Assembly: GCF_001194135.2 (NCBI RefSeq)
Contig: NC_068981.1
Coordinates: forward strand, 31,854,499-31,918,498
Length of the DNA stretch: 64,000 bases
Reading direction: 5' to 3'
Source: Octopus bimaculoides
Lineage: Eukaryota
The position numbers and the translations under genes were made by a program. A model generated the notes under the pieces. The model had not been told where the DNA came from. It made no database searches and was given only the letters and a program-made list of their open reading frames with translations. Shown here piece by piece: positions 13,615 through 26,338 of the stretch. Positions within the stretch are counted from its first letter, which is position 1; every line of letters starts with the position of its first letter.

Positions 13615-14393
13615 GCATGTATGTATATATGTACGTTGTATAGGGTTGTTTAGGCTGTTGAATTCACAATTGTAAATCCGAAATTCGTTGTTTCGATTCC
13701 CAGAACGGAATGGGATGTGGTCGTTGCAAAAACCACTTCAATACTACTCCATTTCACTTCATTCCAGTTCAGACAGATAAAAAAGAATAACCCCCGGCAT
13801 CCCATTAGTAAAATGGTCGATAGTGTAGCGTCCATTTCGAGCCCTTGCGTGTATTGCACTGTTTCGGTCGCTTATATTATATCGTAAAAGTTTTATCAGC
13901 AATTATTTAAGAAATTCCATTTGAATTCACGAGAACCTGCGTTAGATCCATTTGCGTAGCATCTTCTTTTATCTGCAGCGTCAAAAATCTTAGATATTTT
14001 TTGTGGCGTCAACTCCGTACATATGTAAGAACGGTAGAGATGTCCATCGGATGGAAGCTACCTACAAGTCAAGGTCATATCATTTGTAAAATACTGTTAC
14101 ACAGAGCTTAATTGAGAATTACCTTAAAGTACACGGTTTTGGTAAAATACAGTCATATGTGTGTGTGTGAGTGTGCGTGTGTGTGTGTGAGTGTGTGCGC
14201 GCGAGTGTGTGTGCCTTTGTGTGTGTCTACAAACTAATACAATCTCACGATAGAGTTAAAAACTAAACAGGTGTAGGCATATAATTAGAGTAAAAATGTT
14301 TGCTTCTCCAAAACTTTGTTCGGGTTAGATCTTACCTTCTCGCAGACAAATTGTGCGGCATCTTATGAATGAATGTTTACACACACACACACG

Positions 14394-14450
<57 letters not shown>

Positions 14451-14575
14451 GTATTTATATACATATATGTGTATAATATATATACATACATATATACACG
14501 CGTACACACACGCATATATATATATACATATATCTATATACATTCATACATATATGTGTATATATATATATGTTA

Positions 14576-15655
14576 AGTGGCGTCCCCCAGAGAACTGTTC
14601 TGGGGTCATTACTGTTCATAATAATCCTTTTAGACATAACCACGGTCACTGGGACAGCCACTGTCACTAGCTATTCCGATGGTACAAAAATTATCGCAGG
14701 CAATAAAGAAACCAAGATGACGTAGTAAGCTTACAGCTGAACTTCGATATACAAGTGGGCCAAAATAAACAACAACCAGTTCAATGCGGGAAATTTTCAA
14801 GCACTGGATTATCAACTCACAAATGCACCACAGCCTTCATATACAGGACCCGAAGGCACAAGCAGTGAAAGACTTGGGGATTAGTATGTGCACTGGCGCA
14901 TCCATTTATATGCACATTACCAAGATGGCAGAAAAGAGCAGAAAATTGGCAGGGTGGATACTGAGATCCTTCATGACAATACACCAAGAAACTATGTTGA
15001 CCCTGTGGAGAAACTTTGTTTTCTGCCACCTGGACTACTGCTTCCAGTTATGGTCACCACATAGTGCCAAACTAACAGCGAAGATTGAAGCAGTCCAATG
15101 CCACTACGCTAAAAATATTGAAACAGTGCATCGGATGAGCTACAGGGCTAGGCTGAGAAAACTGCAGCTTTACTCCCTCGAGCGAATACGTAAGAGATAT
15201 GCAATAATATACATATGGAAAAGTGTAGAAGGTTAGTACCTAATTTTGGCATTGAGTGTTATAAAAACGCCAGAACTAGCCACCATTATATTGTACCAGA
15301 GGTGCCATCAACTCCTTAATTCAGGACCAAGTACTGCAATAGTTTAGGGTTCAAAGGCTCACAGCTCTTCAATGCCCTGCTAAAAGAAATTAAGAAATCT
15401 GCATAAGGTGGAAATAGATGTCATCAAAATAGTGTCATTATATTCAAGCCAGATGGTATCAACTGGCTTGAATATAATGACACCAGTGGATTCATATAAA
15501 GCTGGATTCATATAAAGATAGGAAAATAACCAGAAATGATGACAGAAAGAGAATCCAACGTCGTACATGAAAAAATTTAAAATAGTGAAGACACGCCAGA
15601 TTAAGAATGTGTCATGAAGCAGCTCTCTAGACAAAAGAAGTTTCACCGTTGTCTT
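14576..15655 (+). mobile_element. 5'-truncated CR1/L2-like LINE (RT C-terminal half plus 3' UTR), pseudogenised
   Basis: [16 protein letters not shown] (SGVPQG motif), YSDGTKI (decayed YADD), VKDLGI, GWILRSF, LDYCFQLWSP, IEAVQ, LQLYSLER..RYAIIYIWK..EG. Confidence 0.85.
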
Positions 15656-15794
15656 ATATTAAAACATGCGCGCGTGTGTGTACGTATCTGTGAGTGTGTG
15701 TGTGTGAGAGAAAGATAAGATATATATAAGATAATATATACATCGAGGCAACTATACAGCACATCATACTGTATTGAAATTAATGTTTGTATTA

Positions 15795-16005
15795 AGGCGG
15801 CGAGCAGGCACAATCGTTAGCACGCCAGGCTGAATACTTATCGGCGTTTCGTCCGTCTTCGCTTTATGAGTTCAAATTCAGCCGAAATCGGCTTTGCCTT
15901 TCATCCTTTCGGGATTTATAAAATACATAGCAGTTGAGCATACATATGCAATCGATTTACCCCAGCTCCTGAAATTGCTGGCCTTGTGCCCAAACTTTGA
16001 AATAA
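15795..16005 (+). mobile_element. tRNA-derived SINE family A, near full length
   Basis: Head ggcggcgagcaggcacaatcgttagcacgcc, B-box-like gagttcaaattc, body ctttgcctttcatcctttcggg and tail gctggccttgtgccc. Confidence 0.75.
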
Positions 16006-16650
16006 AAATTAGTTTCTGTTTAGAAAAAAAAATCACATACACACATGCAGAATTCATTCCTCTTGTTATAGACTACTAGTATTGCAATATAATATCTCAG
16101 TGCTTTTTACTCTCATTGTTCTCCCTCTTACTCCCTCACCATGAATCCCTTTCTTGATATGCACGTCCTAACATTAGAACATATTCAATCAATTTTCATG
16201 TTAGTAAAGCATCTATTTTCTCCCTTTTCCATATCTTTATTTTAAGGAATAGAATTAAATATAATGTCTGAATATGTTTTCTTGAACATGGACGAATAAG
16301 TAATGTGTATGTATTAGAGCGAATGTTTACGTGTGTATGCCTGAAAGCATATACATTAGTATACACGTATAGCTACGAAATGAATTAGTATGTGTGGTAG
16401 AGAGAGTGTTCTACCATTAGACTAAAGCAGTCCTTCGATTTTCTCTATCCATTTAAGAAACTTTATGCTTATCGGCGAGAATTTGTGCAGTTAATGTCAT
16501 ATGAATTTAGAAACTTCGAGGGAACCTGAGATGACTCTTTCATTGGAACGTTATTATTTATAGCTTTTGCTGCTTCGAGAGTCAGCGCTCTAAAAATAAT
16601 TATCTTACTTCCTCCCGAAATTTAAAAATTCTCATGATGTCAAATATACA

Positions 16651-16715
<65 letters not shown>
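16651..16715. repeat. (ATCT)n tetranucleotide microsatellite
   Basis: Read directly; similar tracts at about 25459-25515 and 51537-51620. Confidence 0.95.
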
Positions 16716-16717
<2 letters not shown>

Positions 16718-17889
16718 TTATCTAACTATCTATGTTTATCTCTCTCTCTTTCTCTCTCTCCCCCACTCTCCATCTATATATATATATATATGTTGGTGTG
16801 TGTGATATCCTATTATATGTAAGCAAATAACGCCGTACATTTCATCGTTGCACATGTTTATAATGATATACTTGCATATATCTATAAGTATTACTTTTCG
16901 TCTTAGTATGTATTCCATTTTAACATTTTTATGATAATATAGACTTAGTAGATATCGTTAATGTTGCATGCATTAAATGGAACCAATTTCGGTAAAAAGA
17001 ATAACGTAAACACTCATTGGAACCGAGAGATATATTAAATTAATAACCTATAATGTATATTTCCAAACAAACCTTTTAATGCATGGAGCTGTTTTAAATG
17101 GAAAACGATTAACATACTCTTAATGTGTAGATATGGTATAAAACATTAAATGTTGATTTGTTTGCCAACATATCAACTTAAAAACTATTACCTTTCTTCC
17201 AATTCCTTTGTAAAACTAACGATGCTCATTATAGCTTATTATCTCTCCCTTTTATTAAGAAATCAGCAGATATGCCCGAAGCCTGGTAAAAGTGAAATAA
17301 TTCATAAGCATTCTGATATTTGGAAATAACCCGAGACATGACCTGGATAGAATATAAGTAACAGCAACCACATTTGATAGTTTTTCCGGGAGGAAAATGC
17401 GACCCATGCACCTTTGCGAATTATAAGAGTTTCGAAAATGTGCCGAGGGCTGTAGATGTCATTTTATTAAGAATGAACGTTAAGAGGAACATAATGTCGT
17501 GGGGGCAAATAAAGATCAGAGAATTCGTTAATCAAACATCTTCATCTCCACTAAAGTAAGGAATAACCTCAAGTCAATATATAAATGGCCTGGAATATTT
17601 CCTCAGAAACTGGACTGCGATGAAAGGTTGAAAAAGAAAATATGATGCTTCATTTACTGAACAATGGACTTAATGAATAGACGGAGAACGAGCAAACTAA
17701 AATAGATTGGAAAGCAATGTACAGGTATGTGTTTGTGTGTGTGTGAGTGTGTGTGTGAGTGTGTGTGTTTGTGCGTATAACATGTGTATGTGTGCGTGTG
17801 TATGTATATATATATATGTATTTATATTTATTTATCTGTGTCTATCAGTCTACTTATTTATCTATCTTTATACACACACACACACACAC

Positions 17890-17946
<57 letters not shown>

Positions 17947-19639
17947 GTNNNNNNNNNNNNNNNNNNNNNNNNNNNNNNNNNNNNNNNNNNNNNNNNNNNN
18001 NNNNNNNNNNNNNNNNNNNNNNNNNNNNNNNNNNNNNNNNNNNNNNNNNNTATATATATATATATATAAGCCTGTATATATACAAATATATACTTACATA
18101 CTTATATATAAGTACGTATGTATGTATGTATATATATACTTATACATGGGAATAGAAAGGAAGTGAGAGTGAAAGCAACAGAGATTGACAGGCATAGGAC
18201 GGGAAGGGAAGAGAACAGAGAAGCAAACAAATAACAGAACAGCTAACGCAAACAATGCCCATTTACGTATCGTGATGTTTACAAATCTAATGTTATAAAT
18301 TTTTTAGAGTAAGCCTAAAGATTACAGTGGAAGAACGTATAAAGCCATTACTTACTGTCTTATCTATTAAGAATAATGCCGCAATGGAAAGGAAATGATT
18401 TTACACGTGCAGTAAATTTATGCTCGATTTTTGTCTTTGGAAGGACACCAGATTTCTGGAGTGGTGATGCCTTAAAATGGATATCTGAGATATTTCATAA
18501 AATCTCACCGAAACGAATTGCCATAATTGATCGGAATTATAAAAATGAAACTGAATTGTTTGTTTTCAGACATAGTGAGTGCCTCTTTATGATTTTCCTC
18601 AGTCCACCTGATTAAAACATTAATAAAATACGTCAACAGAGTTGCTACAATGTGGTCTCTCACACTTGTATAAATAACAACCACATCTCCTTCAAACCAA
18701 ATTTCACCATTTTAGGGTATACTAGGCATTTAAATAATGGCTGTTCTTAATGGCTGGAATATTATCTTATCATATTTCTAATCAATCATGTTTGACCAGG
18801 AGCTAATAAACAACGGCAACAACATATATGTCTATAATATGTGCCACTGTGTGTTCAGGGCTTCAATATATCATAGCCAGAGATCAATAATGTAAACTCG
18901 GCATTACAAACTACTAATTTGAAAATCAAAAATGCTTTTTAGATAAAGAATAGTAGAGGTGTCGTCGAAACAAATAAAAAGGGAAAATGTTATTGTAATG
19001 AGCATCAATAAACCAAGCCTATTATTAGACCATGTAGAAAAATAAGAATGAATCAGTGTTTGGAGCTATGCCATTTATCTAGACAAAGAAGAATTATAAA
19101 ATGGCGAAAAACTTCAGAATGCTCGAAATTCGAGATTTGTGAGTGATAACGGGTCACAGAAATGTGTAGCATGTATTTAATCACAAGAGCCGACACCTGA
19201 CGTTGGCATTGCTGCTGTTGTTAGACTCGCTATTGTTATTGTTGTTGTTTAACTCCATAGTTAGTCCCGATCATGTGCTCATAAACATTCTTGCCATGAC
19301 TATCTCGTCATTTTCGTATATGCAAGTAAGCTAGAATTATATTATGCGTTGTGTCATTTTCAAATGAAAATTATTTTCAGGGGATCTAACTGCTTGAATG
19401 AATGATGAGGCCGAAGTTGTATCTTGTGGGGATGGACGTTAGGTAACTCTTTTCTGTGAAGCAGAATAGGTACATATGGGCTAATCACCAAACAGTGGTT
19501 AGAAACGGGTAAGGTACGGCCACATACATGTATGACCGAAAATATATTGTTCATATGTTCCTGTGTGTGTAAGAATGCGAATGTAAATGGATTATTAAGT
19601 CAGTATGTATGATGAAGTGAAATGTTAAGAGTTGGAAGA

Positions 19640-20830
19640 AACTGGTCAATCATTGACTTCAGTTTCTAAATGAAAAATTGATCCCTCTCCATGCAGAATT
19701 TGCACGTTGTTTGTCTTATTCGGAATGTAGAAGTCCACAGTAGTAATACTATGATAGGCTTGACTAGTAGAGTGTAATCGGTGTGCAATATGTTTAACAG
19801 GTCCAAATTTATGACGTGCAAATCTCTGGAATGACCTATCAGCCATCGATTAGACTCGCTTATATACAGGACACCTTGTATCTCGTATTTCATGCAATAA
19901 ATTACATCCTTGGCGTAGGTAGTGAATGGGCTGTATACATGGGTAATAGACCTCATGCTGGGAGTAAGTCTATAGAATAAAATTGAGTGTTTCATTTTGG
20001 AATGGAGATAAATTGGAGATCTAGATTGGGCTAAGTAAAGAGTGGGATAACTGTGAACCAGAAACTCGCTTATATTACGACCACATCTAAAGGACTGGGT
20101 TTTAGGGAAAACTGCAGCAGTAAGAGGATGCGATTGCTAAACACATAAATTATGGATAATAGCAGGCTGAACAGGATCGGTAGCAAGGTTAAGCAATTGT
20201 GAAAAAAAAAACAGTTGCTGGTTGCTTGATTATATTGCAAGGGGTACGAAATAACTCTGATTCGAAACCAGGTTACAAAGATGGTCGAGGTGGAAGAATT
20301 TAATATGATTAGAGAAACATGGGAATAAATTTGGGTTTAAGTAAGTGTTAGTGCGTTTCTAAAAGCAAATTACTTGAAATGTAAATGATGTCAACAGAAA
20401 CGAAGACGTTTCCGAAGGTGGCACGTATTAGTGATGTTAGGCATGAATTTCAAAGTTGGATTGATATAATTAAAGAAGGGCACGATGAAGATTAGCTGCT
20501 CAGAGATAATGAAGGTGGTACGAACACATACTTCCATTTATTAATAACTGGTGAACCGGGGAATAATCTCGCCATCGAGGCGTCCATCAAATAGTAGTTT
20601 AAACCAGTCTAGAGTGGTCGTTAACTATTTAAAGATTCGCTTGATAACCGACAAAGATAAAAGAAGGATCAGTGATTTGGGCTTACCTTGAAGCGGAAGA
20701 GAATGGTTAGAAGGAGGTTCATCATGTTTGAACGATAAGAGAAGGGGCGATGAGATGTTGAACCGCGATGGAAGCAAATTTGTTTTATGATTGTTTAGGC
20801 ATTTGAGCTCTAACATAGCTTCGGTAGTGT
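19640..20830 (-). mobile_element. Decayed Penelope-like element (RT remnant and GIY-YIG endonuclease)
   Basis: Minus strand shows FFNYINPTLKF (RT), VFP..P..FRCGRNISEFLV (linker) and PFTTYAKDVIYCMKY..GVLYISESNR (GIY-YIG), followed by IFHLET. Confidence 0.6.
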
Positions 20831-21314
20831 TATCAACGCGTTAGATACAATGACACATGCTATCTGCGCCGACATTCAGTGCCCTTTGCTCAGATTGCGC
20901 CGAGGTCAATGTAGACTTTCATCCTTTCAGAGCTGATAGAAAAAAAGTACCAATTAGTGGAATAATGAAACTGAAATAACGTCAGAACGGATTATTTGCA
21001 GTATTTATTCCAGCTCTTTACGTACCGAGTTCAAACAATTCTGTGGTTTGCAACAGAGAGAGAATTAATTCAGCGACGTGTTCAACAACAACGCTTGGCA
21101 CGTTGAATACCTTTAGCGGAGTCTACTGTTGCAGCTTTTCAGGACAGGACTCCGGTTTGTGGAATTCTTACTCTCTCTGTTTCGGAGACTTTGTACAGTC
21201 ATTGGTACTTCCTTCATTTGTAACTAACATATTAAAAACAGGCCGTCAATATGATCAACGAAATCGAAAGGGAAAAGAAAAAGAAACTATTAGGCCAACA
21301 TAAATAAACGTTAC

Positions 21315-21407
21315 CTGATTAAAGAATTAGTCGTTTCAGAAGCGACATCTGGGCAGTAATCGGCGGGATGAAAATCAGAGTTGAATTTGTTGGAATTTGA
21401 TCTCATA
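21315..21407 (-). CDS. Candidate 93-nt internal exon of an unidentified host gene
   Basis: Acceptor ttatatttgttag and donor AG|gtaacg; only one frame is open (phase 2 to phase 2): MRSNSNKFNSDFHPADYCPDVASETTNSLI. No homology recognised. Confidence 0.3.
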
Positions 21408-22161
21408 CTAACAAATATAATAGTAGTGGTTTCTAAGTTTGAAGCAACACCAAAACATTTGAAGTAGAGATGGCTTCGTCGATACCATGCGCATCAGTGT
21501 TTGGATGGTTATTTCATTTCAGCGACACTGAAAGATACAAAACAAATAAGACTTTGGCTGGAATTGAACTCACGATGCAAAGAGCCAAGACAAGTAATAC
21601 GGAGTATATTTTCCGAAGTTTTGAAAATTTTACCGCAGTTAAAAAGATTATGATTATAATGATGATGGGGATAGGGATGACGATGACGAGGAGTAGGAGG
21701 AGGGGCAGGGTGGATGTTTTAAAATCATCAAAAATAACAACAAAACAACAATCATTTTAGAAAATATTTCTGATAAATTAGAAAGAGGGTTAAAAAGATA
21801 TACATATAAATATATATAAGTAACTATTCACTCAACAAACATTGCCGCCGTAACATGCAGGAGCACTAATAAATATATAATGAGGAGATGGGGTCAACGA
21901 AAGCCGGAGGTCATGGAGGAAAGAAAGTCGAAAACTAGCTATAAGTTAAGACGTGTTCAAAGGGATTGTTCATCTTCATTGCTGACCAATTAATACCAGC
22001 ATCGGCAGCTGTGCAGATCACATAGCATATGTATATGTTAATATTTATTTACGAATTTATATTCCACATTCACACACATACACACAGACGATCACCTATA
22101 TATGTACGAAAATGTGTGTGAATATTTATATATATATATATATATATGTGTGTGCGTGTGT

Positions 22162-22196
<35 letters not shown>

Positions 22197-22214
22197 CAAG
22201 TATATATATATATG

Positions 22215-22301
<87 letters not shown>

Positions 22302-22631
22302 TTAAAAGACTTATGCATGCGTCCATGTGTGTATGTACGCGTGTTACCTTTACTATATATAAGCATGCGTATTAATGTACGTGTGTGCATTCACACATGT
22401 ACAATAACATACGTAATAGTTTTTTGTGCGCAAATGCCTTCATGGGGGCACACCTTATGTTGTTTAATAATTTATAGATACACACAAATCTAAATCTAAC
22501 GATACATAAGTTTGCTCTTTATGTGTATGTGTGATTGGGTGTATGCATATGTATACATGTATGCATTTATGTACGTATATACACATACATATACATATGC
22601 ATACATACATTTATACATACATATATACATA

Positions 22632-23869
22632 CAAGGTTTGGACAAAATAACGGAAACACCTAGCATCATTGCATCATAATTTTAAAATATCTATAAAACC
22701 GTCAGAAGCTTGTTTATTTTTGTTTTTTGATTTGTTATTAGTGTTGCTTAATATGTTTTGCTAAAATTGATGTTTCTTTTCAGATATCATCAGAAAAAGG
22801 TAATTAAACTTCATTAAAATGACAGATCTATCGGACTTTCAAAGTGGACAAATTGTTGGTGCTCGTATGGCAGGCGCTAGCGTAACAAAAACCGCCGAAG
22901 TGTTTGGTGTATCAAGAAGTACTGCCTCGAAGGTGATGACAGCCTTTGAGAATGAGGGAAAACCCTTCTCACCGAAATAAAACTCTGGGAGAAAACCAAA
23001 CTTTCAGACAGGGACCGTCGGATTCTTACGCTAATTGTTAGTAAGGATCACAAAGTACAGCTCCCAAAATTACTGCAGAGCTTATTAACCACCTCGAGAA
23101 CCTAGTTTCCACAAAAACCGTTCGCCGGAAGCTGCACAAAGCCGGATTTTACAGGTCTGCAATCAGAAAACCACCACTTTCAAAAACAAACGTTGAAAAG
23201 CGCTTAGAGAGGAGTAAAAACCTACAGAATTGGTCCCTAAAGCAGTGAAAGAATGTTATTTTCTCGGACGAGTCATCCTTCACCTTATTTCCGATCACCG
23301 GCCGAGTATACCAGTGGATGCATCCAAAAGAAGCATTTGACCCAGACTGACTTCTTCCAATTGTTAAAAACGGAGGAGGATCTGTGGTGATCTGCGGTTT
23401 CCCTTCATAGCAAAATTAATAGTCAAGACTATTTAAGCATTTTATCTCATCAAATTCATCCTATGTTTGCGGAACTGTTTCAGGGGGAGACGCTATATTT
23501 CAGGATGATAATGCACCAATTCACACAGCTAAAATTGTTACTAAATGGCACAAGGAACATTCTAGTGAAATTGAACATCTTATCTGGCCAACACAGTCCC
23601 CAGATCTCAATATTATCGAACTTTTATTGTGCATTTTAGAAAAACAGGTAAGGAGTCGATATCCTCCACCATCATCACTACAAGATCTTGAAACTGTTTT
23701 AGCTGAAGAATGGACAAAAATTCATTTGAAAACAATTCAAATCAAACTTTGTACGAGTCCATACCTCGTAGAATTCAAGCTGTAGTTACTGCCAAAGTCG
23801 GTCCTACTCCATATTAAAATTAATTTGTTTGAATTTTTAAGGTGTCTCCATTCTTTTGTCGAACCGCTG
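22632..23869 (+). mobile_element. Full-length Tc1-type DNA transposon (1238 bp) with about 30-bp imperfect TIRs and TA target duplication
   Basis: Left ta|caaggtttggacaaaataacggaaacacct; right aggtgtctccattcttttgtcgaaccgctg|ta. Confidence 0.92.
22819..23817 (+). pseudogene. Tc1 transposase pseudogene with DD36E catalytic spacing
   Basis: MTDLSDFQSGQIVGARMAGASVTKTAEVFGVSRSTASKVM...; in-frame TAA at 22978-22980 plus frameshifts; IFSDESSF, GGGSVVI, QDDNAPIH...WPTQSPDLNIIE with 36 residues between D and E. Confidence 0.9.
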
Positions 23870-24123
23870 TACACACACATATATATATATGTGTGTGTGT
23901 GTGTGAGTGTGTATAGATATATATACATATATACATATCTATAAATATATATATATATATTAATATATATATTATATTATATTATATTATATTATATTAT
24001 AAGAGCAGGAAATTTGAATCAAAAAATCATCACAGAAGATGTAAGTCCAAAATAATATTTTATTAATAGATAGATGTATAAATATATAAAGTATGATTAT
24101 TTTAAAAGTGTGAAAGTTTAAAT

Positions 24124-24214
24124 ATCTTCCAATCGTTTCGTAAATATATTACACATAGAAACGGAATCTAAACTTGATAATCATTATTAGGTAATACATC
24201 CACTCATCAGAGAG
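24124..24214 (-). ncRNA. Degenerate type-I hammerhead-like motif with 64-nt stem II domain
   Basis: Reverse strand: ctct CTGATGA gtggatgtattac...gtaatatatttac GAAA cgattg g a agat. Stem II has 13 bp including G-U pairs; U16.1 appears mutated to G. Confidence 0.5.
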
Positions 24215-24299
24215 AAAGAGAGTGAATTTCCGTGTAGTCAATCGAATGCTATTTAAAGATATGAAAGAAATGTTGTTTAAAGATATCGTTTGAAAGTTA

Positions 24300-24850
24300 C
24301 TGTCTTTGACATGCGTTGGTATAAAATATATATCCGTGGTAAAATCCTAAGAATTTTCAAATGTAATAGACAGGTTTAGGCTAGAGAAGAATTTCTGTAG
24401 ATCTTTTCTAGCTCGTTCTAAATTTGACCTATCTGATCTTTCTGTTCATACACATCTCTCCCTCCCTCTATCCAACCATAATTACAACCAATACATTCTC
24501 AAATTTTCATTCACACCACAAAACACTTTCGAACAAGCAACACTGATTTCACGGCTCCGTACTTTGAAATGACTAAACATGAACTGCTCTAGGAACTTAC
24601 ATACCATATACAGGAAACTTTTTTGCCACTTCTATACACCCTTTTCCGCAAATAATGGAACTGCAACTACAACATCTTTATATGTCTTATTTCTACTTTC
24701 ATTCTCTTATTTCCCTCCATATTCCTTATCTCTTCCTTTTCCACAATAATTCCAACTCAAATATTTTCTCACACCGTCTCTGATGAAGGACGTTCCATAA
24801 TATTCAAGAAACAGCTGTAAGACTATTTCATTATAAATGTCTCATAATGT
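24300..24850 (+). mobile_element. Penelope-like 3' end (GIY-YIG C-terminus relic plus pyrimidine-rich pLTR carrying a hammerhead)
   Basis: SVHTHLSLP..H...EQATLISRLRTLK*LN resembles the PLE terminus E..LI..L.TL.P.GLN; followed by a hammerhead motif. Confidence 0.55.
24776..24823 (+). ncRNA. Minimal type-I hammerhead ribozyme (PLE type, palindromic stem III)
   Basis: gtct CTGATGA aggacgttccataatattcaa GAAA CAGCTG TA agac: stem I gtct/agac, stem III ACAGCTGT palindrome, GUA triplet. Confidence 0.7.
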
Positions 24851-25458
24851 ATAATATATATATATATGCATGCTAATACAAGACCCACATTAGACTCCTC
24901 ACTCGTATCATTATCGAACCAAGAGTTTAAACACGGTCTATCCAAAGCACTTACTTAGCAGTACCCGACACTCTTTGGGTCTTCTAGATACCAATACCTC
25001 TCATATTTTTTTTTTTAAGTTTCAGCTTAGAGCTGCGGCCATGCTGATGCACCACCGTGTTACTACACTGTTATTACACCCACCCAAGCTGACATCTCGC
25101 TTTATATATCACGCGTGCTCGATACTAGTATGTTTGGATATATTTTAATAGTTATTTGTATTGAATTCAAACCACAAGCGCTTAATATATTTTGTTTGCT
25201 GAACTATTTATGCTACGGAGTAAACGAGCAATAATTAATAGAAGTTTATGTTATCCTGATTGCTATTATAACCCTAGAGCAAATGTAAGTCAGATACAAT
25301 GAATACTTATTACCAGATTTCAACAAATATCAGTGAAAAAATACTCTTAAGGAAACAAAAATACTCTAAAGCAAACAGAAAAATCAAATTAGCAGCATTG
25401 CGAAGTCACGTTATGTTTTTGTACTTTTCATGTCAAATGACCACTTTCTTCTCTAGTG

Positions 25459-25515
<57 letters not shown>

Positions 25516-25821
25516 GATCGATCGATCGAATTATCTGTATGCATGCATATTAAATTTTAGGCTAACAGTATACGTTCGATGGAATTCACATATTTTTCGG
25601 TGCGATTTATTCTCGGTATGAAACAGAAAATGCCTTAGTTGAAATGAGAACTATATGCATACACAGAAACAAATATAATGATGTAAATATTTCTCCTTTA
25701 TCAGTGACATTAAATTGAATTTTAGGCTGGCCATTTTCGATTGTTTTGGAAATCCTGATCAGTGACTACGTACAAGTATTTGTCTGGTAAATGAGAAATA
25801 TGACTATTTTTTTTTATTCTT

Positions 25822-26338
25822 TAATTTCTTTCAGTCATTTGACTGTAGTCATGCTAGAACACGGCCTTTAATCGAAGAAATCGACCCAAAGATATATTCT
25901 ATGTAAGTCTAATACGTATTCTATCGAGTCTTTAGCCGAACCGCTAATTTACAGGGACGTAAACATCAAAATCGGTTGTCAAGTGATGGTAGTAGGGGGN
26001 NNNNNNNNNNNNNNNNNNNNNNNNNNNNNNNNNNNNNNNNNNNNNNNNNNNNNNNNNNNNNNNNNNNNNNNNNNNNNNNNNNNNNNNNNNNNNNNNNNNN
26101 NNNNNNNNNNNNNNNNNNNNNNNNNNNNNNNNNNNNNNNNNNNNNNNNNNNNNNNNNNNNNNNTATGTATATACAACTAGTTTCTTTCAGTTTCTGTCGG
26201 CCAAATCCACTCACAAGTGTTTGGTCTGTCCAAAGCTATAGTAGAAGGCACTTGCCCAATGTGCCACGCAGTGGAGCTGACCACGGACAGAACCATATCG
26301 TTGGAAAGCAAGCTCCTTACCACACAGCCACGCCTGCA
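25822..26338 (-). mobile_element. tRNA-derived SINE family B spanning an N gap
   Basis: Reverse strand head ggcgtggctgtgtggtaaggagcttgctttccaacg (A-box-like), body ttgggcaagtgccttctactatagc, tail agcatgactacagtcaaatgactgaaaga. Confidence 0.85.

Noticed and set aside
13853-13903. Minus-strand attg CTGATAA...GAAACAGTG caat hammerhead-like outline
   Set aside because: Core G8 is altered, there is no valid stem III or UH triplet, and stem II does not pair.
17374-17559. ORF IVFPGGKCDPC... ending at a GTAAGG donor
   Set aside because: The acceptor is weak and the peptide is not recognisable.
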